Assembly (NCBI GenBank): GCA_945902805.1
Contig: CAMDMZ010000016.1
Coordinates: 27,420 to 91,419 of the forward strand
DNA: 64,000 nucleotides
Direction of reading: 5' to 3'
DNA from: Propionivibrio dicarboxylicus
Lineage (GTDB): Bacteria; Pseudomonadota; Gammaproteobacteria; Burkholderiales; Rhodocyclaceae
Part shown: in pieces, positions 25,251 to 36,600 of the stretch
How positions within the stretch are numbered: position 1 is the stretch's first letter
Layout of the letters: each line of letters begins with the position of its first letter
Made by a program: the position numbers and the translations under genes
The notes under the pieces: model-generated
What the model was told of the DNA's origin: nothing
What the model saw: only the letters and a program-made list of their open reading frames with translations
The model's database searches: none

Positions 25251-27071
25251 CTAATCCATCATCGCCAGTTCAAACAACTCACGCTTCAATGTCAAGGCGC
25301 GCGGCAAGCGGCTCTTGAGCTTGTCGAACCACTCGGCATGCAACTTGAGCTCTTCGCGCCAGGCGACTTCGTCAATCGCTGTCAACTCGTCGAACTGTTC
25401 GCGGGTGACTTCTTCACTCCCACTCCAGTCGAGATCGTCGAAATTCGGCATCCAGCCCAGCGTCGTCTGGCGGGCCTTGGCCTGTCCGTTGCAACGCTCG
25501 ACGACCCACTTCAATACGCGCATGTTTTCGCCGAAGCCTGGCCACATGAAGTTGCCTTCGGCATCCTGACGGAACCAGTTGACGGTGAAGATGCGCGGCG
25601 CGTGTTCGATCTGGTGGCCAATACGCAACCAGTGATTGAAATAGTCACCCATGTGATAACCGCAGAACGGCAGCATGGCCATCGGGTCGCGGCGCACGAT
25701 GCCCTGAGCGCCGCCGGCCGCAGCCGTGGTTTCCGAACCCAGGGTGGCGGCCATGTAGACGCCGTAGTTCCAGTTGAAGGCTTCGAATACCAGCGGGACG
25801 GCGGTGGAGCGACGGCCGCCGAAGATGAAGGCCGAAATCGGCACACCGACGGGATTCTCCCAATCCTTGTCGATCGAGGGACACTGGCTGGCGGGCGCGG
25901 TAAAGCGCGAGTTCGGGTGCGCCGCCTTGCGTCCAGCTTTGCCGTCTTCCGGCGTCCAGTCCTTACCCTGCCAGTCGATCAGATGCGCCGGGGCTTCCTT
26001 GGTCATGCCCTCCCACCAGACATCGCCGTCGTCGGTCAGCGCGACGTTGGTAAAGATGATGTTTTCCTTCAGCGTCGCCATGGCGTTGAAATTGGTTTTG
26101 TCCGAGGTACCTGGGGCCACGCCGAAGAAGCCGGCTTCGGGGTTGATCGCGTAGAGGCGACCGTCCTTGCCGGGCTTGATCCAGGCGATATCGTCACCGA
26201 CCGTGGTCACCTTCCAGCCATCGAAACTCTTGGGCGGAATCAGCATGGCAAAGTTGGTCTTGCCGCAGGCCGAGGGGAAAGCGGCAGCGACGTAACTCTT
26301 GTCGCCCTGCGGCGATTCGACGCCGAGGATCAGCATGTGTTCAGCCAGCCAGCCTTCGTCACGCGCCATGGTCGACGCGATGCGCAGGGCGAAGCACTTT
26401 TTACCCAGTAAGGCATTACCACCATAACCCGAACCGAAGGACCAGATTTCGCGCGTGGCGGGGAAATGGCAAATGTATTTGGTTGGGTTGCATGGCCACT
26501 TGACATCTTTCTGCCCAGTCTCCAGCGGATGGCCCACGGAGTGCAAACAGGGTACGAATTCGCCTTCAGCGCCGAGTTGGTCGAGTACGGCGCGGCCCAT
26601 GCGAGTCATAAGGCGCATATTGACCACCACATAGGGCGAATCGGACAATTCGACACCAATATGGGCAATCGGCGAACCGATCGGCCCCATCGAGAAGGGA
26701 ATCACAAACATGGTGCGTCCGCGCATACAGCCCTTGAACAAACCGCGCAGGGTTTCCTTCATCTTCTCCGGCTTTTCCCAGTTGTTATTGGGGCCTGCAT
26801 CGTCTGGCTCATCGGTGCAAACATAGGTACGATCTTCGACGCGGGCCACGTCCGACGGATCGGACAACGCAAGATAGGAATCCGGGCGCTTGACCGGATT
26901 CAGCTTGATCATGCTGCCGCCTTCGACCATCTGGGCAAACAAACGGTCGGACTCCGCTTTCGTGCCGTCACACCAAACGACATTGGCCGGCTGAGTTAAG
27001 GCGGCCACTTCGGCAACCCAGGCGATCAGCTTGGAATTCTTTACATAGTCGGGGGCGTTGGGTTGTGTCAT
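25251..27071 (-). CDS. pckG: phosphoenolpyruvate carboxykinase (GTP)
   Basis: Start set at ATG 27071 ([18 protein letters not shown]...; GGAGAAG upstream). The 697-aa track ORF is an extension. GTP-PEPCK motifs FPSACGKTN and [15 protein letters not shown]. Confidence 0.9.
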   Translation of the reverse strand: MTQPNAPDYVKNSKLIAWVAEVAALTQPANVVWCDGTKAESDRLFAQMVEGGSMIKLNPVKRPDSYLALSDPSDVARVEDRTYVCTDEPDDAGPNNNWEKPEKMKETLRGLFKGCMRGRTMFVIPFSMGPIGSPIAHIGVELSDSPYVVVNMRLMTRMGRAVLDQLGAEGEFVPCLHSVGHPLETGQKDVKWPCNPTKYICHFPATREIWSFGSGYGGNALLGKKCFALRIASTMARDEGWLAEHMLILGVESPQGDKSYVAAAFPSACGKTNFAMLIPPKSFDGWKVTTVGDDIAWIKPGKDGRLYAINPEAGFFGVAPGTSDKTNFNAMATLKENIIFTNVALTDDGDVWWEGMTKEAPAHLIDWQGKDWTPEDGKAGRKAAHPNSRFTAPASQCPSIDKDWENPVGVPISAFIFGGRRSTAVPLVFEAFNWNYGVYMAATLGSETTAAAGGAQGIVRRDPMAMLPFCGYHMGDYFNHWLRIGHQIEHAPRIFTVNWFRQDAEGNFMWPGFGENMRVLKWVVERCNGQAKARQTTLGWMPNFDDLDWSGSEEVTREQFDELTAIDEVAWREELKLHAEWFDKLKSRLPRALTLKRELFELAMMD

Positions 27072-27245
27072 TTCACTTCTCCACTCTTTAGATTTCGTGT
27101 CAATAGCCGCAGAGCCGGATGCATCGCCCCGCATTGGTTTTTTTGATGACGGTATTATCCCACAGTCGAATATCGTGAACAACAACAATGATGGCCGGCA
27201 AGCTCGTGTGCAACACGGCACCGTACCCGCTACGGGGCACTTCAT

Positions 27246-27264
27246 CTCGCCAGCACCGACTTTT
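27246..27264 (+). repeat. dispersed repeat copy R6 (3' two-thirds only)
   Basis: CTCGCCAGCACCGACTTTT in the divergent pckG-maeB intergenic region. Confidence 0.6.
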
Positions 27265-27330
27265 GCCCTGGCCAAAATACGCCGGGCGCTACAATCGCCG
27301 CCGATAACAACAATCCTAACGAGGAATCCC

Positions 27331-29607
27331 ATGGACGAACGCATCCGCGCTGCGGCGCTTGAGTATCACCGCCATCCCACACCCGGCAAGATCGCTGTCA
27401 CTCCGACCAAGGCGCTAACGAGTCAGGCCGATCTTTCCTTGGCCTATTCGCCGGGCGTTGCCGCTGCCTGTGACGAGATTGTGCGAGATCCGGCCACGGC
27501 GTCGCTGTATACCTCGCGCGCCAATCTGGTCGCCGTGATCACCAACGGTACTGCCGTACTTGGCCTGGGCAATATTGGACCACTGGCCGGCAAGCCGGTG
27601 ATGGAAGGTAAGGGGGTACTGTTCAAGAAATTTGCCGGCGTCGATGTCTTCGACATCGAAATCAATGAAAACGATCCTGATAAGTTGGTCGACATCATTG
27701 CCTCGCTCGAACCGACATTTGGTGGCATCAACCTGGAAGACATCAAGGCACCGGAATGTTTCTACGTTGAATCCAAACTGCGCGAACGGATGAAGATCCC
27801 GGTCTTCCATGACGATCAGCACGGCACGGCGATTATTGCCAGCGCCGCGATCCTGAATGGCCTGCGCGTCGTGAAAAAGGAGATCGGCGAAATCAAACTG
27901 GTATGTTCCGGCGCCGGCGCGGCGGCGATCGCCTGTCTCGATCTGTTGGTGAGCCTCGGCCTCGATCCGAAACACGTCTTCGCCTGCGACAGCAAGGGCG
28001 TCATCCATACTGGCCGCGACAATCTCGACCCATCCAAGGCGCGTTACGCGCAAACGACCGATGCGCGTACCTTGGCCGAGGCGATGCTCGATGCCGACGT
28101 GTTTCTCGGCTTGTCGACTGCCGGCGTACTGAAGCCGGAAATGGTCAAGACCATGGCGCGTGATCCGATCATCCTGGCGATGGCCAATCCGGAACCGGAG
28201 ATCCTGCCCGAGGACGCCAAGGCCGTGCGCCCCGATGCCATCATCGGTACCGGACGTTCCGACTATCCAAACCAAGTGAATAACGTCCTGTGTTTCCCCT
28301 TCATGTTTCGCGGCGCACTCGATGTCGGTGCCACGACCATCAACGAAGCCATGAAGCTCGCCGCCGTGCGCGCAATTGCCGAACTGGCCCACGCCGAACA
28401 ATCCGACGTGGTCAGCGCCGCCTACGGTGACGATGATCTTTCCTTCGGTCCCGAGTACCTGATTCCCAAACCCTTCGATCCGCGCCTGATCCTGTTGGTG
28501 GCACCGGCCGTGGCCAAGGCGGCGATGGATTCCGGTGTGGCGACAAGGCCTATCGCCGACATGCAACGCTACCGTGATCGCCTCAACGATTTCGTTTACC
28601 ACACCGGGCTGTTGATGCGTCCAGTGTTTGCGGCAGCCAAGAAAAATCCGGCGCGCATCGTGTTTGCCGAAGGCGAAGACGAGCGTGTGCTGCGTGCCGT
28701 CCAGACCATCGTCGATGAAGGCCTGGCCAAGCCAATTCTGATCGGACGGCCAGAGGTGGTGGAAAAGAGCATCGACCGTCACGGCCTGCGGATTCGCGCC
28801 GGTCAGCATTTCGAGCTGGTCAATCCAGATTCCGACCCACGCTTCAAGGAGTTCTGGCAAGACTATTACGAAATGACCTGCCGCAAGGGTGTCAGCGTCG
28901 AATACGCCAAGCGCGAGATGCGCCGCCGCACGAGCTTGATCGGCGCCATGCTGGTACGCCGCAACTACGCGGATGGCTTGCTTTGTGGCACCTTTGGCAA
29001 GCATTCGCTGCATCTAGGCTATATCGCCGAGGTGATCGGTCTGAAGCCGGGCATCCAACATTTCTACGCCATGAACATGCTGATCCTGCCACAGCGGACA
29101 CTGTTCATCGGCGACACCTACGTCAATTACGATCCCACGGCCGAACAGGTGGCGGAACTGGCTCGCCTGGGGGCCGAGGAAGTCCGTCGCTTTGGATTGA
29201 CGCCGCGCGTCGCCCTGCTTTCACACTCCAATTTCGGTAGCGAAAATACGCCCACTTCGATCAAGATGCGGAACGCGCTGGACATCCTGCGTCAGACTGC
29301 TCCCAAGCTCGAAGTCGACGGCGAAATGCATGGCGACACGGCGCTATCCAACGATATTCGCCAACACGTGTTCCCGAATTCCACGCTCAAAGGGCAGGCC
29401 AACCTGTTGATCATGCCAACCATCGACGCGGCCAATATCGCCTTCAACCTCCTGAAGACAGCAGCCGGCGATGGCCTCACCGTGGGGCCAATGTTGCTCG
29501 GCGCGGCGCGCCCGATGCACATCCTGACGCCCACCGCGACAGTTCGCCGCATCGTCAATATGACGGCGCTGCTATCGGTCGAGGCGGCCGCCTACCAAAA
29601 AAGCTGA
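27331..29607 (+). CDS. maeB: NADP-dependent malic enzyme with C-terminal phosphotransacetylase-like domain
   Basis: Start at ATG 27331 ([21 protein letters not shown]). Malic-enzyme core ([16 protein letters not shown]) plus a PTA-like C-terminal half. 758 aa. Confidence 0.9.
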   Translation: MDERIRAAALEYHRHPTPGKIAVTPTKALTSQADLSLAYSPGVAAACDEIVRDPATASLYTSRANLVAVITNGTAVLGLGNIGPLAGKPVMEGKGVLFKKFAGVDVFDIEINENDPDKLVDIIASLEPTFGGINLEDIKAPECFYVESKLRERMKIPVFHDDQHGTAIIASAAILNGLRVVKKEIGEIKLVCSGAGAAAIACLDLLVSLGLDPKHVFACDSKGVIHTGRDNLDPSKARYAQTTDARTLAEAMLDADVFLGLSTAGVLKPEMVKTMARDPIILAMANPEPEILPEDAKAVRPDAIIGTGRSDYPNQVNNVLCFPFMFRGALDVGATTINEAMKLAAVRAIAELAHAEQSDVVSAAYGDDDLSFGPEYLIPKPFDPRLILLVAPAVAKAAMDSGVATRPIADMQRYRDRLNDFVYHTGLLMRPVFAAAKKNPARIVFAEGEDERVLRAVQTIVDEGLAKPILIGRPEVVEKSIDRHGLRIRAGQHFELVNPDSDPRFKEFWQDYYEMTCRKGVSVEYAKREMRRRTSLIGAMLVRRNYADGLLCGTFGKHSLHLGYIAEVIGLKPGIQHFYAMNMLILPQRTLFIGDTYVNYDPTAEQVAELARLGAEEVRRFGLTPRVALLSHSNFGSENTPTSIKMRNALDILRQTAPKLEVDGEMHGDTALSNDIRQHVFPNSTLKGQANLLIMPTIDAANIAFNLLKTAAGDGLTVGPMLLGAARPMHILTPTATVRRIVNMTALLSVEAAAYQKS

Positions 29608-29661
29608 GCTGAGGATTTCGGTCATCGTCGCATGAAACATATGGCCAACCTTCAGGTGAAA

Positions 29662-29693
29662 GATTAGTTAACCGCACTAATCCATTTATTTTT
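29662..29693 (+). terminator. weak intrinsic terminator candidate after maeB
   Basis: GATTAGT-taaccgc-ACTAATC (7-bp AT-rich stem) followed by CATTTATTTTTAT. Confidence 0.4.
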
Positions 29694-29775
29694 ATGGAAT
29701 TTATGTCGTTATGGCAGCTAACAGCCAGAGTCCTGTCTGGTGTAAAATGTGTCCCAACGATATGGAGGGTTCCGC

Positions 29776-30744
29776 ATGAAACTCAGCATGTTTAGCGTGC
29801 TCGCTGCGCTTGTCTTGGCCTTTTCCGCATCTGGCGATGCCGCAGCTGCCGCAAAACGCAATGTGGGAATAAGCAAGAAGCCGGTCAAAGCAGTCAAGGT
29901 GGGCAAGAACATCAAGCCGGTCGCCGTACATTCGTCGCGTACCCGGACGGTTGCCAAACTGGCGAACGACGACAATTCAGGATCGCTCGCGGTTCGCTCA
30001 TCGGCGTTTCTCGTCCAGGACCAAACCACCGGCGCAGTTCTGATGGAAAAGAACGCCGGCGTAGTGCAGCCGATTGCATCGATTACCAAGCTGATGACGG
30101 CGATGGTCACGCTGGATGCCAAACTCGGATTGGACGAAACGCTGACCGTCACCGACGACGACGTCGATACTCTCAAGGGAACCCACTCGCGCCTGCGTGT
30201 TGGTACCCAGTTGACGCGTGAAGAGATGCTGCGCCTGGCATTGATGTCCTCGGAAAACCGTGCCGCCTCGGCTTTGGCCCGCAACTATCCCGGTGGCCGG
30301 GCGGAATTCGTAAAGGCAATGAACAGCAAGGCCTTGGCGCTAGGCTTGAAGGACACTCGCTTCGAAGATTCGACCGGCTTGACCTCGGCCAATGTATCGA
30401 GCCCGCGCGAACTGGCAAAAATGGTCGATGCGGCGCATCAATATCCGCTGATTCGTGAATTCTCAACGACGCCGAATGGCGAATTCGATATTTCCGGACG
30501 ATCCATGCAGTTCAACAACACCAACAGCCTGGTCAAGAGCCCAAGCTGGGAAATCGGTCTGTCCAAGACGGGTTACATCAGTGAGGCCGGCAAGTGCCTG
30601 GTGATGCAGGCCTGGCTCAATGACAAACCGATCATCATCGTGCTGCTCGATTCCTGGGGCAAGATGACACGGATTGCGGACGCCAATCGCATCAAGCGCC
30701 TGATCGAGCAGGTGGGTCTGACACGGCGCAGCCTGACGGGCTGA
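29776..30744 (+). CDS. D-alanyl-D-alanine endopeptidase / class C PBP (PBP7-like)
   Basis: Signal peptide MKLSMFSVLAALVLAFSASG. SxxK (SITK), SxN (SEN) and KTG motifs. GGAGGG 6 nt upstream of ATG 29776. Confidence 0.85.
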   Translation: MKLSMFSVLAALVLAFSASGDAAAAAKRNVGISKKPVKAVKVGKNIKPVAVHSSRTRTVAKLANDDNSGSLAVRSSAFLVQDQTTGAVLMEKNAGVVQPIASITKLMTAMVTLDAKLGLDETLTVTDDDVDTLKGTHSRLRVGTQLTREEMLRLALMSSENRAASALARNYPGGRAEFVKAMNSKALALGLKDTRFEDSTGLTSANVSSPRELAKMVDAAHQYPLIREFSTTPNGEFDISGRSMQFNNTNSLVKSPSWEIGLSKTGYISEAGKCLVMQAWLNDKPIIIVLLDSWGKMTRIADANRIKRLIEQVGLTRRSLTG

Positions 30745-30750
30745 GCGGAC

Positions 30751-30777
30751 AAAAAAGTCGGTGCTGGCGGGACGGCG
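30751..30777 (-). repeat. dispersed repeat copy R7
   Basis: Plus strand reads AAAAAAGTCGGTGCTGGCGGGACGGCG (exact consensus, reversed), 7 nt after the PBP stop. Confidence 0.85.
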
Positions 30778-30803
30778 CGAAACGGATTCGGCACCGGAAT
30801 TGA

Positions 30804-30827
30804 AAGGGCTACCTTAGGGTAGCCCTT
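30804..30827. terminator. bidirectional terminator hairpin between convergent genes
   Basis: AAGGGCTACC-ttag-GGTAGCCCTT: perfect 10-bp stem with moderately T-rich flanks on both strands. Confidence 0.6.
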
Positions 30828-30838
30828 AGTGTTTCTGC

Positions 30839-32431
30839 TCAGTGATCAGCCGCGGGACCGCGACGCGCGAAGTGCCCACGTTTCATCAGTAGTAACAAGG
30901 GCAGCGCGATGATCAACATCAGCCCGAAACCCAGGAACAGGCGCTCGAAGGCCAACATGGCCGCTTGCTTGCGCACCATCCCGTCCAGCAACCACAAGGC
31001 CTTGGTCTGCGCCAGCAGCTCCGGAGTTCCATGCGAAATCAGCATCGCCTTCAGCTTCGCCAGGCGGACCAAGGTTGCGTCGGAAAACTGGCTGACATGG
31101 CGCAGCAGTTCGCCACGATTCGCTTCCTGAAACTGTACAAATAAGGTGGCAGATGCGGCAATGCCAACCGAGCCACCCAATTGGCGCATCAGATTGTAGA
31201 TACCGCTGCCAGCCGCCAACTGCTGTGGCGGCAGATTGCCCAGCGCCAGGTTGTTGAGCGGAATGAACACCAGGCCCAGTCCGACACCGCGCAGCACCAT
31301 TGGCCAAAGGTAGTCGTCCCAGCCGGATTCCGTGGTGAATAGCGAGTGTTGCCACATCGACCAACCAAACACGAGCGCACCCATGACAACAAAAATACGG
31401 AGATCGAGTGTCGTTTTCGCGGTCATGCGTCCCATGATCGCCATGGTGACACCGGAGGCGACGGCGCCCGGCAACACCGCCAGCCCGGTTTCCCAGGCAG
31501 TGAAACCGATCAAGGTTTGCACATATACCGGGAAGACAAACACTACGCTGTAGAGGGCCGAGCCGACCAGAAAGCCAAACACCAGTGACGCCGCGAACTG
31601 GCCATCCTTGAGGATGCGCAGATCGACTACTGGATGCGGATGGCACAATTCCTGGCGCACGAACAGCATCATGGCGGTAACACTGGCCACGGCATACGTG
31701 ATGATTTCCTTCGATGACCACCAGTCCAGTTTCTCACCGCGCTCGAGCATGGTTTGCAGACAGCCAATGCTAATGGCGAGATACAGCAGACCGGGCGCAT
31801 CGACTTCTTCGGCCTTGCTGCCAAATTTCGAATCGGGCACGTAGGTCAGCGCCAGCAGCAGCGCCATGGCGCCGATTGGAATGTTGATATAGAAAATCCA
31901 GGGCCAGGAAGCCGCGTCGGTTATGTAGCCGCCCAGCGTTGGCCCAAGCATGGGACCAACCATGATGCCGAGACCAAAAATCGCCATCGCCGTCCCGGCT
32001 TCTTTCGGCGGGAAAATCTCATAGAGCGTGGCCTGGGCCGTCGAGATCAGGCCACCGCCGCCCAAGCCCTGGACGATGCGCCAGAAGACCAGACCTTCGA
32101 GAGTCGTGGCATTGCCGCATAGGAATGAGGCCAGCGTAAACAGCAGGATCGACAGCGCGAAGTAGTTGCGACGCCCAAACCAGTTGGCGAGCCAACTCGA
32201 GATCGGCAGCACGATCACATTTGCTACCACGTAGCCGGTCGAGACCCAGGCGATTTCGTCCAGCGTCGCTCCCAGCGTGCCCATCATGTGCGGCAGGGCC
32301 ACATTGACGATGCTGGTGTCGACCAGTTCCAACACTGAAGCCAGCGTCACCGTCAAGGCGATGATGTAGCGGTAGCGAAAGATTTCCGCCGCCGATTCGG
32401 CACGACGCAGGGCGGGTAACAGCGGTTTCAC
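30839..32431 (-). CDS. emrB: DHA2-family (EmrB/QacA) MFS efflux transporter
   Basis: 530 aa, 14-TMS-type. N-terminal ELVDTSIVNVALPHM and WRIVQGLGGGG motifs. Confidence 0.85.
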   Translation of the reverse strand: MKPLLPALRRAESAAEIFRYRYIIALTVTLASVLELVDTSIVNVALPHMMGTLGATLDEIAWVSTGYVVANVIVLPISSWLANWFGRRNYFALSILLFTLASFLCGNATTLEGLVFWRIVQGLGGGGLISTAQATLYEIFPPKEAGTAMAIFGLGIMVGPMLGPTLGGYITDAASWPWIFYINIPIGAMALLLALTYVPDSKFGSKAEEVDAPGLLYLAISIGCLQTMLERGEKLDWWSSKEIITYAVASVTAMMLFVRQELCHPHPVVDLRILKDGQFAASLVFGFLVGSALYSVVFVFPVYVQTLIGFTAWETGLAVLPGAVASGVTMAIMGRMTAKTTLDLRIFVVMGALVFGWSMWQHSLFTTESGWDDYLWPMVLRGVGLGLVFIPLNNLALGNLPPQQLAAGSGIYNLMRQLGGSVGIAASATLFVQFQEANRGELLRHVSQFSDATLVRLAKLKAMLISHGTPELLAQTKALWLLDGMVRKQAAMLAFERLFLGFGLMLIIALPLLLLMKRGHFARRGPAADH

Positions 32432-32450
32432 GAGGCTGCGTAAGTCAGGA

Positions 32451-33524
32451 TCAACGCGTATTGATGGTGACGTAAACGCTCATCCCGGGGCGCAGCGTGC
32501 GCTGGGTGTCTTCGCTTTGCTTGACGCGGATGCGGACCGGTACACGCTGTACGACCTTGGTGAAGTTGCCGGTAGCGTTATCCGGCGGCAGCAAGGCAAA
32601 GCGAGCGCCAGTGGCTGGGCTCAACGACTCGACCTGGCCTTCGAGCTTGAGGCCCGGATAGGCGTCAACCTCGATTTCAGCTACAGCATCAAGTTTCAGC
32701 GCGCGCAGATCGGTTTCCTTGAGATTGGCGGTAATCCAGATGTCTTCGAGCGGGACAACCGAAAGCAGCGGCTGTCCGGGCTGCACCAACTGATTGGGCT
32801 CGACGTTCTTGGCGGCGATCGTCCCGCTGCTTGGCGCGACTACACGCGTGTCAGCCAATTGGTTAGCGGCCAGGTCGCGCATGGCGCGTGCTGCATCCAC
32901 CTTGGCCAAGGCAGCACGCAAGCCGGCACTGGTCGCAGTAACTTGCTCACCCGCTGAAGCTGCCGTTTCGCGGCTGGCCTTGACTTGGGCCAGCGCAGCC
33001 CGCGAAGCCGCTTCGGCCGCATCCAGAGCTTGTGCTGAAACCATTTTCTTGCCCACTAGCTCACGCAGGCGATCGAGGTCCTTCTGTGCTTTGTCGGCAT
33101 TCGCCAAGGCTTGCTCCACCGTGGAGCGAGCCGCTGCCGCCGCCGCCCGAGTCGCCGCCACCTGGGCGCTCGCTTGACCACTTTGTCCCGCATTTCCCGC
33201 CGCTGCCAGCGCCAAAGCCAGGTCGGCTTCGGCCTGCGCCAGCTTGACCTTGTAGTCGCGGTCGTCGATCCGAACCAGCAGGTCACCGGCCTTGACCGCC
33301 TGATGCTCATTCACGGCCACCTCGGCGACGAAGCCGCCGACTTTAGGCAACACCGGAACGATATGCGACTCGATTTGCGCGTTGTCGGTCGTTACGTGCG
33401 AAAGCGAGAACCACCATTTCCAGCCAATCCAGGCCGCCAGACCAAGGACGGCCAGCAACACGATGAGACGCGCGAGCTTGGGGCGAGGCGAGGTAGGGGC
33501 GAGAGCTTCGGATTCGGACGACAT
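32451..33524 (-). CDS. emrA: HlyD-family membrane fusion protein (EmrA-like)
   Basis: 357 aa: N-terminal anchor, long Ala-rich coiled coil, C-terminal beta-barrel (NFTKVVQRVPVRI). Confidence 0.85.
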   Translation of the reverse strand: MSSESEALAPTSPRPKLARLIVLLAVLGLAAWIGWKWWFSLSHVTTDNAQIESHIVPVLPKVGGFVAEVAVNEHQAVKAGDLLVRIDDRDYKVKLAQAEADLALALAAAGNAGQSGQASAQVAATRAAAAAARSTVEQALANADKAQKDLDRLRELVGKKMVSAQALDAAEAASRAALAQVKASRETAASAGEQVTATSAGLRAALAKVDAARAMRDLAANQLADTRVVAPSSGTIAAKNVEPNQLVQPGQPLLSVVPLEDIWITANLKETDLRALKLDAVAEIEVDAYPGLKLEGQVESLSPATGARFALLPPDNATGNFTKVVQRVPVRIRVKQSEDTQRTLRPGMSVYVTINTR

Positions 33525-33543
33525 AGTAGGGCTGAGCTTTGAT

Positions 33544-33563
33544 TACTGACTGATCAGTCAGTA
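33544..33563. promoter_or_regulatory. perfect 20-bp palindrome, candidate operator upstream of emrA
   Basis: TACTGACTGATCAGTCAGTA, 20 nt upstream of the emrA start codon. Confidence 0.5.
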
Positions 33564-33699
33564 TATCAGGCGCGTTGCCCGACAAACCAACGTGCCGAAA
33601 GTGTACCGACAATAGATACTCCATGAAGGAGCTACTATTCCGTCGCTCGTACTTTCGTTAGAATCGACCGAGCATTTCCACATAATCTATTCGGGGAGA

Positions 33700-36600
33700 A
33701 TGACCGTGAGCGAGAAACCCAAACCAACCATGGGAATCGGTTTGCATCTGGACGTTCGTCTCCGGCCCATGGCAGTGCTCCTTGCAACGGCCGGTTTGCT
33801 TTCGCTCCCGACATTCGCTCAAACCGCCCTGCCCTCAGGTGGCACAGTCAGCGCCGGTTCTGCCACCATCAGCCAGGCGGGCGCCGCGATGCGCATCGAC
33901 CAATCCAGTCAGAAAACCATCATCGACTGGAATAGCTTCAATATCGGCCGCGATGCCGCCGTGCGCTTCAATCAACCGAACTCGTCGGCCATCGCCCTAA
34001 ACCGCGTCGGTGCCGACGGCGGCCGCTCGGTCATCGACGGCCAACTCAGCGCCAATGGCCAGGTCTGGCTACTCAATCCTGGTGGCGCCCTGTTCGGCCC
34101 GTCCGCGCGAATTGAGGTTGGTGGCCTCCTCAGTTCCAGCATGAAGATCGGCAACGATAACTTCTTGAATGGCAACTACCACTTCACTCAGGACGGTGCC
34201 GGCCGCATTGTCAATCAGGGACAACTCAACGCGACCGAGGGTGGCTACATCGCGCTGATGGCCCCGGAAGTGCGTAACGAAGGCGTCATCACTGCACGAC
34301 TTGGTACGGTTGCGCTGGCCAGCGGCAACGAGCTGCGGCTCGACCTCGCCGGCGACCGCCTGATCGAACTCGCCATTGACCAAGCCGCCGTCAATAGTCT
34401 GGTCGAGAACAAACACCTGATCCAGGCCGATGGCGGCGCCGTGCTGATGAGCACCGACGCACTCAACCGCCTAGCGCTGGGCGCCGTCAACAATTCCGGC
34501 ATCGTCCGCGCGCAAACCATTGCCGAACACGACGGCGTGATCCGGTTGCTGGGTGGTACAACGACAGTGTCCGGAACGCTCGATGCCTCGGCGCCGAATG
34601 GTGGCAACGGAGGATTTATCGAAACCTCCGGCCACTCGGTCACGATGGATCCAACTCTGAAGGTCACCACCGCCGCAATGACGGGAAAGACCGGCAACTG
34701 GCTGATTGACCCGGTGGACTACTTGATCGCTCCCTCGGGTGGCGACATTACCGGGTTCGCGTTGTCGAGCAACCTGAACAACACGAACGTGACTATTTCG
34801 ACTGCCGCGCTGGATACGCCCTACGGTGGCGGGTTTGGCGATATTTTTGTCAATGACGCCGTGTCATGGAACTCCGGCAATACCCTGAGCTTGCTAGCGG
34901 AACGAAACATCGAGATCAACAACACGATTACCGGATCAAACCCGGCATCGCAATTCCAAGCCACTGCGCCCGGAATCCTGACGGTGGCGGGCTCTGGCAG
35001 CGTGTCCGCAGGATCCGTCACCTACCGGGCCAACGATATGCAACTGAGTGGCTCCACGAACCACGCGCTTACCACCAACTTCCTGACCGTCGCGCCACAC
35101 ACAGACAGTGGTGGCGTTCAGATTGGCGCTTCAAGTTCACCAGGACTGCTAAACCTCACCCCATCAGAAATTGGTACCTTGCACGCCACCAACATTTCGA
35201 TTGCCACCACGAACGGCGAGATCCGTGTCACGGCAGCACTCAATCCCGAACACATTGCCGCCCAACAAGAATTTGTCCTCAACGGACGCAATATCAACGT
35301 CGATGCGGCGGTAAACGCACCCGGCAAAAACTTGTTGTTGATGTCCCCTGGAACACTCACGGTCTCGGCAGCGGGTAGCGTAAGCGGATCGTCTGTGACG
35401 TACTGGGTGAATGATGCAACACTCGTTGGCCATACCACGGGGAGTTCCACACGAGCTGTACAGTTGGGTCCGAATACGTCGGGACGGAGCATTCGCATTG
35501 ATACCAATTCGGCGGCAGGCGCGCTGAATCTATCTCCGGCAGAGATCGGTACCCTTACGGCCGCCGACTCAAGCGCAGAGGTTCACATTGGCGGCGAGAT
35601 CGGCAACCCTGCCTACGTATCATCGATCACGGTTGCGGCCCCGCTCGCCGCCAGCAATATCAACAGCAACCTTTATCTGATCGCCAACAGCATTGCAGTG
35701 AATTCCTCCATTGACGCATCGTCTGGCGCGGCGCGGCTAGGATTCGTTTCCGGAACTGGTGGTACGACACTCAACGCAGCCGTAACGACGCCAAACGAGA
35801 TTAGCGTCATTCTCGGTAGCGGTGGCGGATTCAACCAAACGACAAATGGCTTGGTGACTGCTCATGTTCTCAAGGCGCGTGGTACCGGTGCGGTCACGTT
35901 AGACGAGAACAACACGGTCGCAGCGGTTGCCGCAAACGTAAGCGGCAGCTTCTGGCTGAACAATGGGATGACACCACTCTCGGTGATCTCCCGTGGGAGT
36001 GCAGAGGGTACGATCAACGGCATCACGGCCAACAATATCGGCCTTGTCACAAGCAATACCCTGACTCTGGATGCGCCGCTCACGGCAACCAGCACTGGCG
36101 CTGTATCGTCCAGCGGTGTCACCGTAACCGACACACTCTGTACCGGTACCTGCGTTCGTCCGCACATTGAGCTCTACGCCCACGATGGGTTCACCAACAA
36201 CGTTGGGGCGAGTGCACTCTCCCTGCCGCCAGGGAAATACTGGATGCTCACCACCGAGAGCCCCGCCGTCACCACCCTCAACGGGCTCCAACCCGGCGCG
36301 ACCTCGTTTGACGCCCAGCGTACCGAAGACGGTGACATGTTGCTGTCCGCCAATAGACTATTCCATTACTTGGGAGCGACATCTGCCACGGTGGAACAAG
36401 TGGTTGCCAGTCAGGAGACGACTACCCCGGACGTCGGGACCACCACGCCAGCTCCAGCCGCTGTGGAACCTGCCGGTGGCACGGGTAGTGGCGGCGCGAC
36501 CCTAAATACCTTCCCGACCTCGGCACCTGTCGTCACCAGCTTGCCCGGAATCACTACCCAGAGCTCTCTTACTCCCAGCCTGATCGTCAATGCATCCCGC

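Noticed and set aside
27262-27296. Sigma-70 promoter for maeB (TTGCCC ... TACAAT), and a TAAAAT -10 box at 29743 for the PBP gene.
   Set aside because: Spacer lengths (21 nt) or the -35 matches are poor. This is not distinguishable from chance without transcription start data.
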